A stretch of 64,000 nucleotides of DNA from the NCBI RefSeq assembly GCF_009914755.1, contig NC_060927.1; one strand, written 5' to 3'. This DNA is from the human T2T-CHM13v2.0 reference genome, Homo sapiens. The translations under genes were made by a program, and so were the position numbers. Position 1 is the first letter of the stretch, and the number at the start of each line of letters is the position of its first letter. Below are positions 1-15,823 of this stretch, piece by piece. The notes beneath the pieces are model-generated. The model made no database searches, was not told the origin of the DNA, and saw only the letters and a program-made list of their open reading frames with translations.

Positions 1-424
1 AATCTAAAGACAGAAAAAAAGTGTTTATAAAGAGTACAGTAGCACACAGTACTGTCCTAGAACTTCGCATTCACTCACGACTCACTCACCCAGAGCAACT
101 TCCAGACCTGCAGGCTGCATTCATAAGTCCCCTATACAGGTATACGGGTTTTCTCTTTTATATCGTATTTTTACTGTACCATTTCTATGTTTAGATACAC
201 AGATATTTAACCATTGTGTTATAATTGTCTACAGATTCAGCACAGTCACGTGCTGAACAGGTTTGTAGCCTAGGAGCAATAAGTGATATCACATAGCCTA
301 TGTGTGTGGTGGGCTGTACCATCTAGGTTTTGTGTAAGTACACTCTACCATGTTTACACAACAACGAAATTGCCTAAGGACTCATATCTTAGAACGTATC
401 CTCATCATTAAGCCACACAGACTG
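1..424 (-). mobile_element. Tigger3/Golem-type (TcMar-Tigger) DNA transposon fragment, cut by window start
   Basis: Reverse complement resembles the recalled Tigger3 5' end, and it is homologous to the copy at 63128-63466 in this window. Confidence 0.75.
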
Positions 425-1248
425 TAATTGTTACTAGCATAGGTAACTTTGTGATGCTTACTGTATGCCATACACCGTGCTAATACTTCTGCCTTCACCA
501 TAATCCCCATTTTTATAAGGAAATTGACATAAAGAGTTGTCCCATGGTCTTGGCACTGCTGACTTGACCTTGGGTCCATCTGCTGCCAGTGTTCTTGCTT
601 AAACTAAGCTGTGCTGTGTCGGAGCCCATCATCAGAAATTACTTGCCTTGTGGGTGTGAGCTACTTTGAAGCTGTGTAATGCTCCAGGTGCATATTGGAT
701 TAAAGATGTGTGTTTGATTACAGGTAATGTCATTTGAGGACTAGAAAAGATCTCAATTTCCCCTGATGTCTTCATTTTAGGATTTTGGAAACGGAGGCTC
801 AGGGAAGTTAATAACTTGCCTAAAGGCACACAACTTGAAGAGGCAAAGATTGGGCAGGGAACAAAACTCCCAAGTTCACTTTTGTTCCAGTACATGGTTT
901 CTTTCCAGTACACTCCATCTCAAAAAGTTGAAAATTGTATGTTTGGATATTTACTTACATTTGTGCCTCAGTGAATTTGAGCTGACTTGTTGAGTACTTT
1001 AAATACAACTTAAATAGGAAATACAGAAAGGAAATGTGACCATGGAAAATACAGACGCAAAACAAGACTAAGTGAAGGGTTACTGTGTCGTCCTTGGGGC
1101 CCTATATGGTTACTAAAGTCATGCTACAAATTTGGCTCTGAGCTTCCTGAGCCAAAAAGAAACATGATTAGTTACAGGATTGATGTGTCCAAAAAGGAAA
1201 ATTCTATCCATTCCTCAAGGGAAACAAAACTTTTCCTTGAACTTTTCT

Positions 1249-1352
1249 TTTTTTTTTTTCTTTTTTTTTTTTTTTGAGACGGAGTCTCGCTCTGTCGCCC
1301 AGGCTGGAGTGCAGTGGCGGGATCTCGGCTCACTGCAAGCTCCGCCTCCCGG
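1249..1352 (-). mobile_element. 5'-truncated young Alu (AluYa5-like) with perfect 14-bp TSD
   Basis: CCTTGAACTTTTCT at 1235-1248 and 1353-1366; GAGATCCCGCCAC variant; CpGs intact. Confidence 0.85.
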
Positions 1353-2242
1353 CCTTGAACTTTTCTGAGCTGGTTTTAGCACAGAGGACAGCTAACAGCT
1401 TACAGATGTAATTGTGTCGTTATGGCAATTCCCATAGCTGTAGTTGTATATAAACCCTAAGTCTCAGGGGCTTAACAATAAGAGTTCATTTTTGTTCATG
1501 TGAAATCCAACACGGCTGTCTCTGATTGGCGGCCCAATCAACTCCAAAAGATGCTTTAGTAACTGCTTCCTGGTGGCTCCCAGTCTTCAGCACACAGCTT
1601 CCAAGGTCACGTTCCATACCTAACTGTACGGGAGACTGAGAGCTGTGGTCTGGCCATGCACCTGGGGGAGAAATAACTGGATTTGGTGAACAGTTAGCCA
1701 GTCCCTGCCACAGACCATGTGCCTCTGAAGGGTTCCCTGCCAGATTCCAGAGTCTGTGTGTCAGAGTCCCTGGCCCCAGGCTCCTTCACTGAGTAGCTCT
1801 CGACCTCCACAGACTGAATTCCCCCATCTTCTTCAGGTCCTCAGTAATGGAGCAAACTGATACTTGAATGGCATGTATGGTTATGACTTCTATCACTTGA
1901 CTTTGAATTTCTTAAAAATAGGCATGAGTCTTATTCCTCTTCTTTTACCAACCCCTGTCACAGTAGCTGGCCAGAGTAGTGAGTCAGACACTTTGCATTA
2001 CGTTGATCTGAAATCAATAACAAAATATTGATCCACATTCTATGAATTTTACACCTCTCAGTATGATTCACACTCACTCTGGAGAGTGTAAGACAAGAGG
2101 CAAGGCAAGATTGCCTGTACTTTGACTTTGGAATTTATTTGTAGGGTGAAACGAGGTGTTAGGGTCTTGGCAACAGATTTCTTTACTAATTGTACTTTGT
2201 TTCAGGAAAAAAATAGTTTGGATTTTAAAAATAGATGATGGT

Positions 2243-2559
<317 letters not shown>

Positions 2560-2691
2560 CTACATATAGATTATTGAGTATTTGCTTCCTTTTGGAGAAG
2601 AAAAGTTAATAAAGCAAGCTTTTTGTTGAGTCTTACTCCTCTCTCATTATTTTGAGTGGTTATACTTCTTTTTTTTCTTTCTTCTTTGCAG

Positions 2692-2728
2692 TGCTATATC
2701 GGAAAGGCCCTCCATTTTACCATGCAAG
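2692..2728 (+). CDS. TSEN2: TSEN2 tRNA-splicing endonuclease subunit, 37-nt coding exon ((L)LYRKGPPFYHA(S))
   Basis: Polypyrimidine tract + TGCAG acceptor, AG|GTTCGG donor; peptide is the recognisable catalytic Tyr/His motif. Confidence 0.95.
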
Positions 2729-2988
2729 GTTCGGAGTGATTTTTAAATAAACTAATGGGTTAAAGGGACACAAGGAATTTCTGGCCTCTAATTTAACTTT
2801 TTGGTGCCATAGGAACAAAAGTCATGTTCTTCCTGGCCTGATACGAATAGATGCTATATGTTCATGCCTCCTTACACACTAATGTCATTATACTATATAT
2901 AGGATGATGCATAGTTTATGATAATATATGTTCTAGTGTTAAACACTGAGTTAATCTGTGCCGTAATTGTTCATTTTAACATCACTTA

Positions 2989-3289
2989 GGCCAGGTGCGG
3001 TGGCTCACGCCTGTAATCCCAGCACTTTGGGAGGCCAAGGTGGGTGGATCATGAGGTCAGGAATTCAAGACCAACCTGGCCAAGATAGTGAAACCCCATC
3101 TCTACTAAAAATCCAAAAAAATTAGCTGGGCATGGTGGCAGGCGCCTGTAATCTCAGCTACTCAGGAGGCTGAGGCAGAGAATTGCTTGAACCCAGGAGG
3201 CGGAGGTTGCGGTGAGCCAAGATCGCACCACTGCACTCCAGCGTGGGTGATAGAGCGAGACTCCGTCTCAAAAAAAAAAAAAAAAAAAA
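2989..3289 (+). mobile_element. AluS
   Basis: Full-length Alu with A tail. Confidence 0.9.
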
Positions 3290-3565
3290 TTAGTTAGTAT
3301 TAGTGCCTAAACAGTTGTGTGAATTTACAGCTTTCACATTGGGAAAAGTATTTGTTTTTTCCTGTAAGTTTTGGAATCAGCCTGAAAGTTTGTAACTTAA
3401 AGTATGAATTTTTCATTAATATTTTCTCAATAGCAATTTAGGGGAATTTAGAATCAGATGATGCAAATTTCATTTTCTGTATATTTGTTCTTGGTAGGAC
3501 AAATATTCTTTTTAAACAGATTTATTTCATGATTACTTTTAACATGCTTTTTCTGTATTTTCCAG

Positions 3566-3677
3566 TTATTCTGTCATTATCGAGCTAGTTGATGACCATT
3601 TTGAAGGCTCTCTCCGCAGGCCTCTCAGTTGGAAGTCCCTGGCTGCCTTGAGCAGAGTTTCCGTTAATGTCTCTAAG
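3566..3677 (+). CDS. TSEN2: TSEN2 coding exon ([10 protein letters not shown]...VSVNVSK), ending in the catalytic Lys
   Basis: TTCCAG acceptor, AAG|GTAACA donor, 112 nt, phase matches both neighbours. Confidence 0.95.
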
Positions 3678-4565
3678 GTAACACAACATCAGCTTTGCCA
3701 TTGGAGTGTCACTTAAATGGTTCAGTTTTTTTTTTTTTCTTAAATGTAGTAGAATCAAAAAAGTTAGTTGTAGAAACTTCATAACATTCCTGCCAGTGAC
3801 ATGCTGGAAGATTTGGGGTCATTCGTACCCTTCCCTTATTGCGCTAGAAGTTGTCCTCCCCTCATGTTACATTTTATTGTCCCCTCCCTCCCAACTGCTG
3901 CTGAGCTCCAATGACGGAGCTTTGGAGTGTCCCATGGTGATCTGATCTGGGTAGGCATTGCTTCTCTTCCCAGGGGTATCGTTGCTATGTGACTTGTTTT
4001 ATACTGCAATTTAACATTCACTCATACACATATTCACAAAGGAGTCAAAACATTGAAAGTTTGCAGATCTCTTAGAGAGGAAGGGACTTGATATTTGTTG
4101 CTAAGCACTTTCCCACCCTGTTGTTATCCTCATCCTGAGGATGAGAAACCAAGGTTGGAGCCGTTGAGTGGCTAATCCAAGATCACACAGCTCATGTGCA
4201 TACTCGGGATCCAAACCCACAGCTCTCTGGCTCCCTGGCTTTTGTTTCACTATATCCTTCGTGTTGCCATCAGAGATAGGAGGGACTCAGCTTACACAAG
4301 GACTATCAAGAAAGAAAGCTGTGTGTGTTCTCATTACTCAGTGATTTGCTGGCTGAAAACAAATTGTAGATACCCTCTAATTTCATCCTCATGCTGCTGG
4401 AGGTGAGGTGGGGCTGAGGCCAGAGGGTCTTGCAGGGCTAGAGATGACTGCCCTTTAGAGCAGGTTAGGTTGCCTAGGCTTTAGCTTGGTCCTATAGAAA
4501 ATTAGGGAGCCTATACTGTTTCTAGAATTTTTATGCCCATTTTAGGGGACTTGTAGCATATACTT

Positions 4566-5110
4566 AATATGTCCTCACTTAACATTGTTGATATGTTCTT
4601 GGAAACTGCAACTTTAATGTCGTATAACAAAACCGTTTTTTCTTCTCATCATTTCAAGAAAACAATGTTGAAGTTTATTTGAAGACCTGCTGTACATCTG
4701 TATTAGTCCATTCTCATGCTGCTATAAAGAAATACTTGAGACTGGGTAATTTATAATGAAAAGAGGTTTAATTGACTCACAGTTCCATGTGGCTGGGGAG
4801 GCCTCAGGAAACTTACAATCATAGTGGAAGGCACCTCTTCAGAGGGTGGCAGGAGCAAGAATGAGAGGATGAGTGAAGGAGGAAGCCCCTTATAAAACCA
4901 TCACATCTCATGAGAACTCACTGTCACAAGAACAGCATGGGGACCGTCCCCCATAATCTAATCACCTCCCACGAGGTCCCTCCATGACACGTGGGGATTG
5001 TGGGAACTACAAGATGAGATTTGGGTGGGGGCACAGCCAAACCGTATCAACATCATTTCACTTAAAGTCCGTGTCCAAGAACCTATCAAGGACATTTGAG
5101 GACTTACTAT
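4566..5110. mobile_element. Tigger-family MITE (MER6B-like) interrupted by a MaLR LTR
   Basis: Imperfect terminal inverted repeats (GTCCTCACTTAAC...TTCTTGGAAAC / TCCAAGAACC...TGAGGACTTACT). Confidence 0.6.
4699..5049 (-). mobile_element. THE1/MST-type (ERVL-MaLR) solo LTR
   Basis: TG...CA ends, perfect 5-bp TSD ACATC (4694-4698, 5050-5054), typical THE1 sequence. Confidence 0.9.
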
Positions 5111-5373
5111 ATTTAGTATTCTTAATGCTGTGTTTATAATCAATGTATCTGCTTATATCTGTTGCCATGTTCAGTGATTACTAAACGGCAGGTACTTAGT
5201 CAGAACGTAAATCCCAGTTATGGTTTCCCCAGGAGGAAACTGATGTGCTCTGTGAGTTTCCACTTGGAGTGCACAGTGAGAGGGACTGGAGACCACCTGC
5301 ATTTCCTGCTGATGCACCCAAATTTGTACTATTATTTTGTAGGATACAGAAGTGGTTTTTCATTTCTCAATAG

Positions 5374-5505
<132 letters not shown>

Positions 5506-6465
5506 TGAATCATAGTGTATCTGGAACATGTGGTCCCAAGAAAATACATGAATACAGTTTTGCCTTGGTAACAGAGCCTTCTCAGGCAGGCTCTTAAGTC
5601 TCTCACCTTTTCCCCATTGAACCCATTGGACACGAAATCTATGCTGACTTCCTCTATTCCTTAATTCCCCACTTTATTACCTGTGATGTCCCCATCACTC
5701 AGCTGAAACTGCTCTCTTACAGGTGGCCTGTGACCCCCTGGCCAGGCCAGGACTTCTCACAGGTCTCATTCCCAGAGACCAGAGGTGTCCCTGTTGACTT
5801 GTTCCTGCTTCTGGGCTTCTGTATTGAACCAAGGCGCCTCCTGTCATCTTGGCTTGTTTCTCTCTGGTCTGGCCGAGTTGTCTAGTGTGTGTCCGTGTTT
5901 CTGCATTCCCTCCCTCTGTGTGTAGAGCCTTAACGTTGCCATTGGCTCCTCCCAACATCCAGTATGTCTTTGTTGTCGTCCTGTCTTCTTTTCACACCAC
6001 CCTGCCCCTGCAGACCTGCTGGTCGGTCTCCAGGGCCCCAGCACGTCTTCCCTTCAGTTGGTCCCACTTATCTCCACTAGGCTAGTTTCTCATAAAATGC
6101 TCATCAACCTCATTTCTCCCTTCTCAGTAGCTGGCCCCGTTACAGCAATGCCATCACAGACCTAGCTCTAATGTAAAATGCTAGCTTTCATCCCGCCCAC
6201 CTGTTTCTGAAATGTGCTAGTAGAATACCACAGCAGAGGCAAGCTTAGCTGTTAAAATCTTTGCCTGGTGAAAGTAGATACTGTATGCTTGTAAGGTTTA
6301 TATTGTTACATTCATTTTCTCCAGATGTTTCTGTTCTAAAGGTGGGAACAGTATCATCATTATATAGACCGCCCTTTGTGAAATGTAGCTGTGGTGTCAG
6401 CTGTGGTGTCAGAATGGTCTTACATTTCTGTTTTAAGAAATGGTCTTTTTTTTTATTGGTTGTAG

Positions 6466-6525
6466 GAGGTGATTCTGAGTCGATGGGTTTCTTCACGAGA
6501 GAGGAGTGACCAAGACGATCTTTAA
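6466..6525 (+). CDS. TSEN2: TSEN2 last coding exon (EVILSRWVSSRERSDQDDL*)
   Basis: TGTAG acceptor, stop TAA 6523-6525; matches recalled C-terminus. Confidence 0.95.
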   Translation, partial: EVILSRWVSSRERSDQDDL

Positions 6526-7092
6526 CAATTCAACCTCAAATTTCTAATTTCACCAACAACTATTTATTGAGGGCTAGGTAAAAAGTTCTTTTTGTTGTAA
6601 TCGTCCATTAATTCATAAGTTTTAAAGGGCATGGTGCTCCCAGCACCAGAAAACTATCAGTGTTTTTAAAGATAAATTACACAAGGGAGGAGAAAGATCC
6701 CTGTGCTAGGACTGCAGATTCTATACTTGCGTTGGCCTCTAACTCTCCAATCCAGAGCCTCCTGCCTCTGGCGTCAGTCTTTTCCCTCATCCACTCACTG
6801 GGGAGATTGGACTAGAGGAGTCCTGAGAGGACACTTCCAACAAGAGACATTTATTCTCTGATTTTACCTGAAAATGGTAGTAGTTTACATTTATACAGTA
6901 CAGTTTATGAAGCACTTTCATACGCAGGCATCTCTTGTTACCTACATCTAAGCTGTTCCCGAAAGAGTGTTACAGAACACAACAGTATTGTACAATATTC
7001 GATAAGCATATCTTCACTGCACTTGTTATAAAAATGAGTGGTGAAATAATGTTTGGAGACATAATGAAAGCGATTAACATTTGGCAAAATAT

Positions 7093-7098
7093 AATAAA
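7093..7098 (+). terminator. TSEN2: Probable TSEN2 poly(A) signal AATAAA
   Basis: AATAAA about 570 nt after the stop, followed by U-rich sequence. Confidence 0.7.
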
Positions 7099-7125
7099 GC
7101 CTTTTTGTAATTGGTGAGAAAGTCA

Positions 7126-7489
<364 letters not shown>

Positions 7490-8346
7490 TGTGGGTGGTG
7501 GGGAAATGGGAAGGGGGAATACTTGCTCTTCGGTGGTAGAATACTTAGGCTAAGGTGGTAGCCTGAGCTGTATCCTCTTAATGGGTCCAGACACTACTTG
7601 AATGATATTGCTGCAAACCCTTACATGTTTGTTATATTTAATTTGGATAGCCAATATGGGGTAAAATATTTTGCAAACCGTGATAGCAAACATTTGGAGA
7701 GTGGGAGTTGAGATGCGGCAGATGCCTGTGTATTTATCCCTGCAGCAGCCTTGTGAATTCAGGAGGAGGGACCCACAGAGGGGTGTTTGAAGCTCAGAGA
7801 TGTTGGCGGGTGTGCATCACTACCAGTCATGCACGTGGAGGACTGGACCTGAGATCACTATCTCAGCTGAAATGGCGCTATCCTAAAAATTGCATGCAGT
7901 CAGAAATAGAGCCCTGTTTGGTGGTGGTGGTGGTTAACAAGGAAGGCCACCCACCACATCGGGCAGGGCCAGCTTTGTGCTCCCACACAGTCCTCTACCT
8001 CGGGTGGGGTGCAGCCTGAAGCCCCCTTACTTACTGGTTATGCCTGTGATTTTGCAAACAGTGTCAGAAAGATTCCATGACGACCACCTATGGATCCAAG
8101 GGTAAGAACCTTGGTGCAGTGTGTGGTACTTGGCTTTTAATTCCCCAGAGAGAATTCTGAAAACTGAGTAGTGAAATGAACCTTCTAGAAAGGAATGCTT
8201 CAAATCTCAGCTCTGCTTCCCTGTGGTGGTGTGCCTTGGGCAGTTTACTTGCCCTTGATAACCTCAATTTTCTTATTTCTAGCATGTGGCTAATGATGTT
8301 TACCTAATCGTGTGGTTGTGTGGGTAAAGGAGAGCCCAAAAAACAC

Positions 8347-8834
<488 letters not shown>

Positions 8835-9349
8835 TTAAAAAAATTTGTCTTAATCATTTTACCTTTATTGTTACAACATATTTGCTTTCTCTTTTTTTAA
8901 GAAAAAAAAATTCTATTTACTTGAATGTGGTTCTTATTTTCACCCTTGTGGAGAATTACTTGGATTAAAAAGAAACAAATTTTCTCTCCTCCCCACCACC
9001 CACCTCCCATGTATGATTTTACTAACTGAATTGAATTTTTAAAATCTCATTACAGACTTGAATAATCATCCCATGAATGTTAACTCCCCTAACACTATAA
9101 CCGAGGCCCATTTCTAAAGTTGATCTTAAAACTGGAAAATTTGAGTCTATCTAATTTTGTGAAATATAGGGATGCCTTTTACATGATGTAAAAGTCATAT
9201 TTGTAAAATGGTTAAACTAGGAGGCAATATTTTTATTGCAAGTATGATCTCTTAAGTGAAAGGTTTCTGTCATTTAAAATTTTTAGAGTCTTTATATTTT
9301 CATAAACAGTATTTCAAAGGCAAATGTTCTTTCTAACGTTGTGTGTGTG

Positions 9350-9640
<291 letters not shown>

Positions 9641-10520
9641 TAGAATCAGAAAACTCGGGTCCACATTTCAAATCACCACTGGGAAAACAGGGGCGACGTT
9701 GGAAACGTTGCTTGATCACTCCGAGCCTTGGTTTCCTCAACAGTAAAATAAGAATAATTACCACCTCCTCAGTTGCTTTGCAGACTGAATGAAATGAGAT
9801 GACATACAAAAGCGTCTGGCACACAGTAGGTGTACTTTTCCCCTTTCAGACAAAGTGTAAGCATTGCCATCCTTATTTTCTCTAGGAAGTGCAAAGCCTA
9901 TTTTATGCCCTGGTAGGTGAGTCAGTGGAGGAGAAGAAGGTGGTAGAAAAATAGCTGGAGGTAAAGTAGTGAAGACAGCAGAGGAGATTGGGAGGAGAGG
10001 CAATACTGTAGTAAGCACCTGCTATACACAGGGAGCTAGATGCAGCCATTGTGGGGTTTTGTTTTGTTTTGTTTTTTAGTAATGGTAGGTTTTCCTGGTT
10101 CTAGGAGTAATTCATGCATGCTGTAGAGGCTTTGGAAGATTACCTTTGTATAGATCATTTTAGTGTTTCAGATAGGAAACACTGTGGCACTTGCTGTGAA
10201 AAGGATCCTGGTGGTCATCCCATGAACATTGATTGAGTCCCAGATGTGTGCTCCGGGGAGTGCTGAACAATGGAATAAAGAAGCACATCTCAGGAGGTGC
10301 TGGGAAGAAACTTGGGATTTCATCTGGGGAACAGAGTTGCTGCCAGTGCTTCAGTTAGCATTTAGCTGGTACGATAAAGGAAACTTAATCTAAGGAGTCT
10401 CAGTTCATAATTCTACAGACTGAGCAACATTGCCATCTGTTGGTGTAAATCAATGGCTGATTTCCTTTATTAGGGGCAAAACCTATAGATTGGTATGTGG
10501 TCTTATTTATAAGAGGAGGG

Positions 10521-11296
<776 letters not shown>

Positions 11297-12027
11297 TTAT
11301 TGTTTACCTCCTTTCCATGTTTGAATGTTGATAAAAGCAAATCCTCATTTTCTCCTTTTTCTTCTCTAATGATGGCAAAGTATTGACCCAGTTTCTGCAC
11401 ATACTAGGTACAGTTGGTCCCTTTCGATTTGCTGGGGTTGTCCTCTTGACCACTGCAGTGTGGCCCAGGGGTTAAGGGCACAGCTTTCATGGTCAAACCC
11501 TGGTTTGAACCCCAGTTTTGCCACTGTATGACTTTGGACATTTCCTCAATTTCCCTTTTCATCTATAAAAGAAGCATAATGTTAAGACCCACCTCAGAGG
11601 ATGGTCTTGAGGATTGACAAGGAAGAATAAGTGTTTCTTCTGGTGGGGAGTCCTTTATGAATACTCATTAAATGCAGCTGCCGTTACTACTAATAATGAG
11701 TAAAGAATTAGACTAGAGAAGCTGAATCCTAGTATAAAATGTGAAGAAATGGGGGCAAATTGGAATTCTTTCATCTTTACCCTCTGGGGTTTTGTTGATT
11801 TCTTGAACACCATGGAATACTAGTCATAGTTCTGCTTAAAATGGTATCAAATTCTGGGTGGGCAGTTTTGTGTTTGAAGGAAAGTACCTGAGCTTGTAAA
11901 TGCAAATGTCGCTATGCCATGCATTCTTTCCCATTGACGTTAACTGTGCTGAAACATGGACTAAATGCCTATTTGGAAACAAGCTTTAAGGATCTGTAGC
12001 AAGTTTTCTGAATATCTTTATTACTAA

Positions 12028-12356
12028 TGTTAAAGGATAAAACACATTAAAGTTTATTTGAGCAAACAGCCATTCGTGAATCAAGCCGCACCAAAACTGA
12101 AGTGGTTCGGGCTCCCGAAAGAGGGTGTGAAGGGAGGCTTTTAGAGGGTGTGTGAGGAGGCACAGGAGAGAAGTTGGTTGGTTAAAGTTTGAGCAGTTGT
12201 CTTATTTAGGTTATCCCAGTGGCAAGTATCTGATTGTGTAACTAACGCTCAGTTGGCCATTTAGGATTGGCTGATCTGAAGTTTCATTTAGTTTAATTTG
12301 GAACTGGGTGTTGGATCCATCTCGGTGTAATGGCTTCCCCCTAAGTTATTTTAACA
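12028..12356 (-). mobile_element. ERV1-class solo LTR (MER93/MER57-like)
   Basis: TGTTAAA...TTTAACA inverted ends; family assigned from recall only. Confidence 0.5.
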
Positions 12357-12936
12357 CGAGGCGGTTATTGGTACCTTTAAGATGGGTTTCATTTTTGGAA
12401 ATTAGACATCAGTTAGTACCAAGGCTGGGGAATAAGATTAAGTGAAGTAGTACATCACATTTGGTCAAAAACAACCAAGTTCTGGAAGAAGTTTCCAAAG
12501 AGGAATTTGGGAATGTTTTGCATGTTGGCCTTTTGAAGTTCGATGATTGTTTCAGTGCACAAACTCCAACATACTTGTTAAAAATTACCTCATTTCTTTA
12601 CAGTTTCTCATCCCAGTTTCCCCAGCCTCCTGTGAAGGTGTCAGAGAAAGAAGATAGCCCTCTCTTCATGTGCTTTCTGAACTCTGCCTTTTCAGTGGGC
12701 AGAGGAAGTGCTTTGTAGCAGCAAACCCAACCCCTGAGCCTCCATGTGTCGGGTCAGGCAAAATGAAATTGACACAGGCTGGAATTTTACTGATTTCAGT
12801 CATTGCTGGGCTCGTTTGTGCAAATAGACTCAGAAGAGCTCCTTTAAAAGGAGTGACCATTTCCTGATTTAGATTCTGAGGGGGTTTTTGGTTTTTTTTA
12901 CTGTTGTTCACTATCATGAGCTTACCATGTGCTTTT

Positions 12937-13235
<299 letters not shown>

Positions 13236-13545
13236 CTTAGCATGTGCTTTTAAAGTAAAAACCACGAGGAGAAGGTACTCATTACTTCATAACTTGTGTC
13301 TCACCCACCTTGCTGTCTTCACATCCCCACTTTCTGTATGCACATTGGAAGGTGAATTTGTTCAGCTCACATTAATTTATAGGAATAATTTTCATTGCTC
13401 TGTGAATAAAATGTGCTACCACTTTATGCTGTAAATGGATTCTTAGTTTAAAAACCTCATTGATATGAAAATAATTTTGTTGGAATGCATATAATTTTTA
13501 AAACCTAGGGCAATTTTTATTTTATGAAGTCTTATGATGTAGTAA

Positions 13546-13911
<366 letters not shown>

Positions 13912-13994
13912 TAAATGCATTTAGAAATCCATAGTACTGATTAAAGGTAGCAACCACCCTACCCTCCAGCGTCCAGGCTGCGCTTACATAGCTC

Positions 13995-14235
13995 TCAGCA
14001 CAAACCGCCGCCCTCAGGGGGTTGTGCCTGCTGCTGGGGACAGTCAGTGACGTAGAAGCCATGCTCCCGTATCGCCCGGTAGAGTGTGATGAACTTGGAT
14101 GCCAGCCTTGTCCGCGGGACCACGTACTTCTCCGTAAATTCACCCTTGTCCAGTTGCTGTCTACCTTCTGCCATCAGAACGCAGTTAATGAACGTGAGTG
14201 CGTAAGAGTAGCAGTTATGGTGGTTGTCTTCATAC
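13995..14235 (-). CDS. MKRN2OS: MKRN2OS exon 4 ((R)YEDNHHNCYSY...PPEGGGLC*)
   Basis: CTCCTCCATAAG acceptor, stop TGA 13997-13995; the four exons sum to 672 nt = 223 aa + stop. Confidence 0.92.
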
Positions 14236-14296
14236 CTTATGGAGGAGAATAAGGGTGTTGAGAAGAAAAGGCTGCTCAGAACAGGCTGTCAAGCTA

Positions 14297-14700
<404 letters not shown>

Positions 14701-15024
14701 TGCAATTCTGGGGGATGCTTGGTCTCTTGGGCCGTTTCTGCTTGCTGCAGATTGGCATAGACTCACCCAGATGTTCAGAGTGGTTACTCAGTTGCAAGTT
14801 AACTACCAATTTGGGGAACTTATTGAACTTCTAGAGTTTAGAGATGGAATTCCATATGAGTTTTATGATATTCCATAGTATCTAAACTTATTTCGGGGGA
14901 AACCTCCAAATAATTTAAATCCACAAATATGCTATACGTCTTACAAAATGTTGAGAGTGAGAAATTAACTGGAAATTGCTAAAATTACAAAAAAGAAGCT
15001 TTTACATTTTGAACATTGTTTTTT

Positions 15025-15320
15025 GTGTTTTTTTGTTTTTGTGAGACGAAGTCTTACTCTCTTGCCCAGGCTGGAGTGCAATCGTGTGATTTCAGCTCAC
15101 TGCAACCTCCGCCTCTTGGTTCAAGTGATTCTCCTGCCCAAGCCTCCCAAGTAGGGACTACAGACGTCCACCACCACGCCTGGCTATTTTTGTATTTTTA
15201 ATAGAGACGGGGTTTTACCATGTTGTCCAGGCTGGTCTCGAACTTCTGACCTCAGGTGATCTACCTGCCTCAGTCTCCCAAAGTGCTGGGATTACAGGCG
15301 AGAGCCATTGTGCCCAGCCT
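15025..15320 (-). mobile_element. AluS
   Basis: Antisense Alu with TGAA(C/T)ATTGTTTTT flanks. Confidence 0.85.
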
Positions 15321-15660
15321 GAATATTGTTTTTTTTAATTTTTAAGGAAATATAATATCGTGACTTGCTATTTATGTGTAAAAATACCTTGTCACATAAC
15401 TAAAATAACTGAATACAGGTTCTAGACCTTTCAGCTCTTACAACGCTGTGATTTTGTTGTATGTGTATGCTGACCCACCTCTGCAGAAAACCTAGGGTAG
15501 TTCAACCTCTGTTTAAATTCTGTTAGAGATGCTAATATGTCTGTATCGGCTCAACATGAAGCTAAGTGCTGCTGAGTCCTCTGTGAGCTGAGGCTACACG
15601 GGGATCCCACTTGCATAGCATGTGAGTGTCAGCGAGGGGGCAGCATTTGCAGTCGTGTAC

Positions 15661-15823
15661 CTGTGAGGCAGCCAGGCCCCCGAGGTGGAGAAGTCTTCCA
15701 GGTACTTGTCCCATTGCTCCATCATTCCATACATGTTGGGCTGCAGTAATGGGATGCTTATGCTCTCTTCCCACCCTTCTCCGTCTCGCTGGACACCATG
15801 TGCACTGTAATTATACACAACCC
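15661..15823 (-). CDS. MKRN2OS: MKRN2OS exon 3 ((G)VVYNYSAHG...AWLPH(R))
   Basis: TTTGCAG acceptor, AG|GTACAC donor, 163 nt; ORF track 15594-15818 covers it. Confidence 0.92.
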
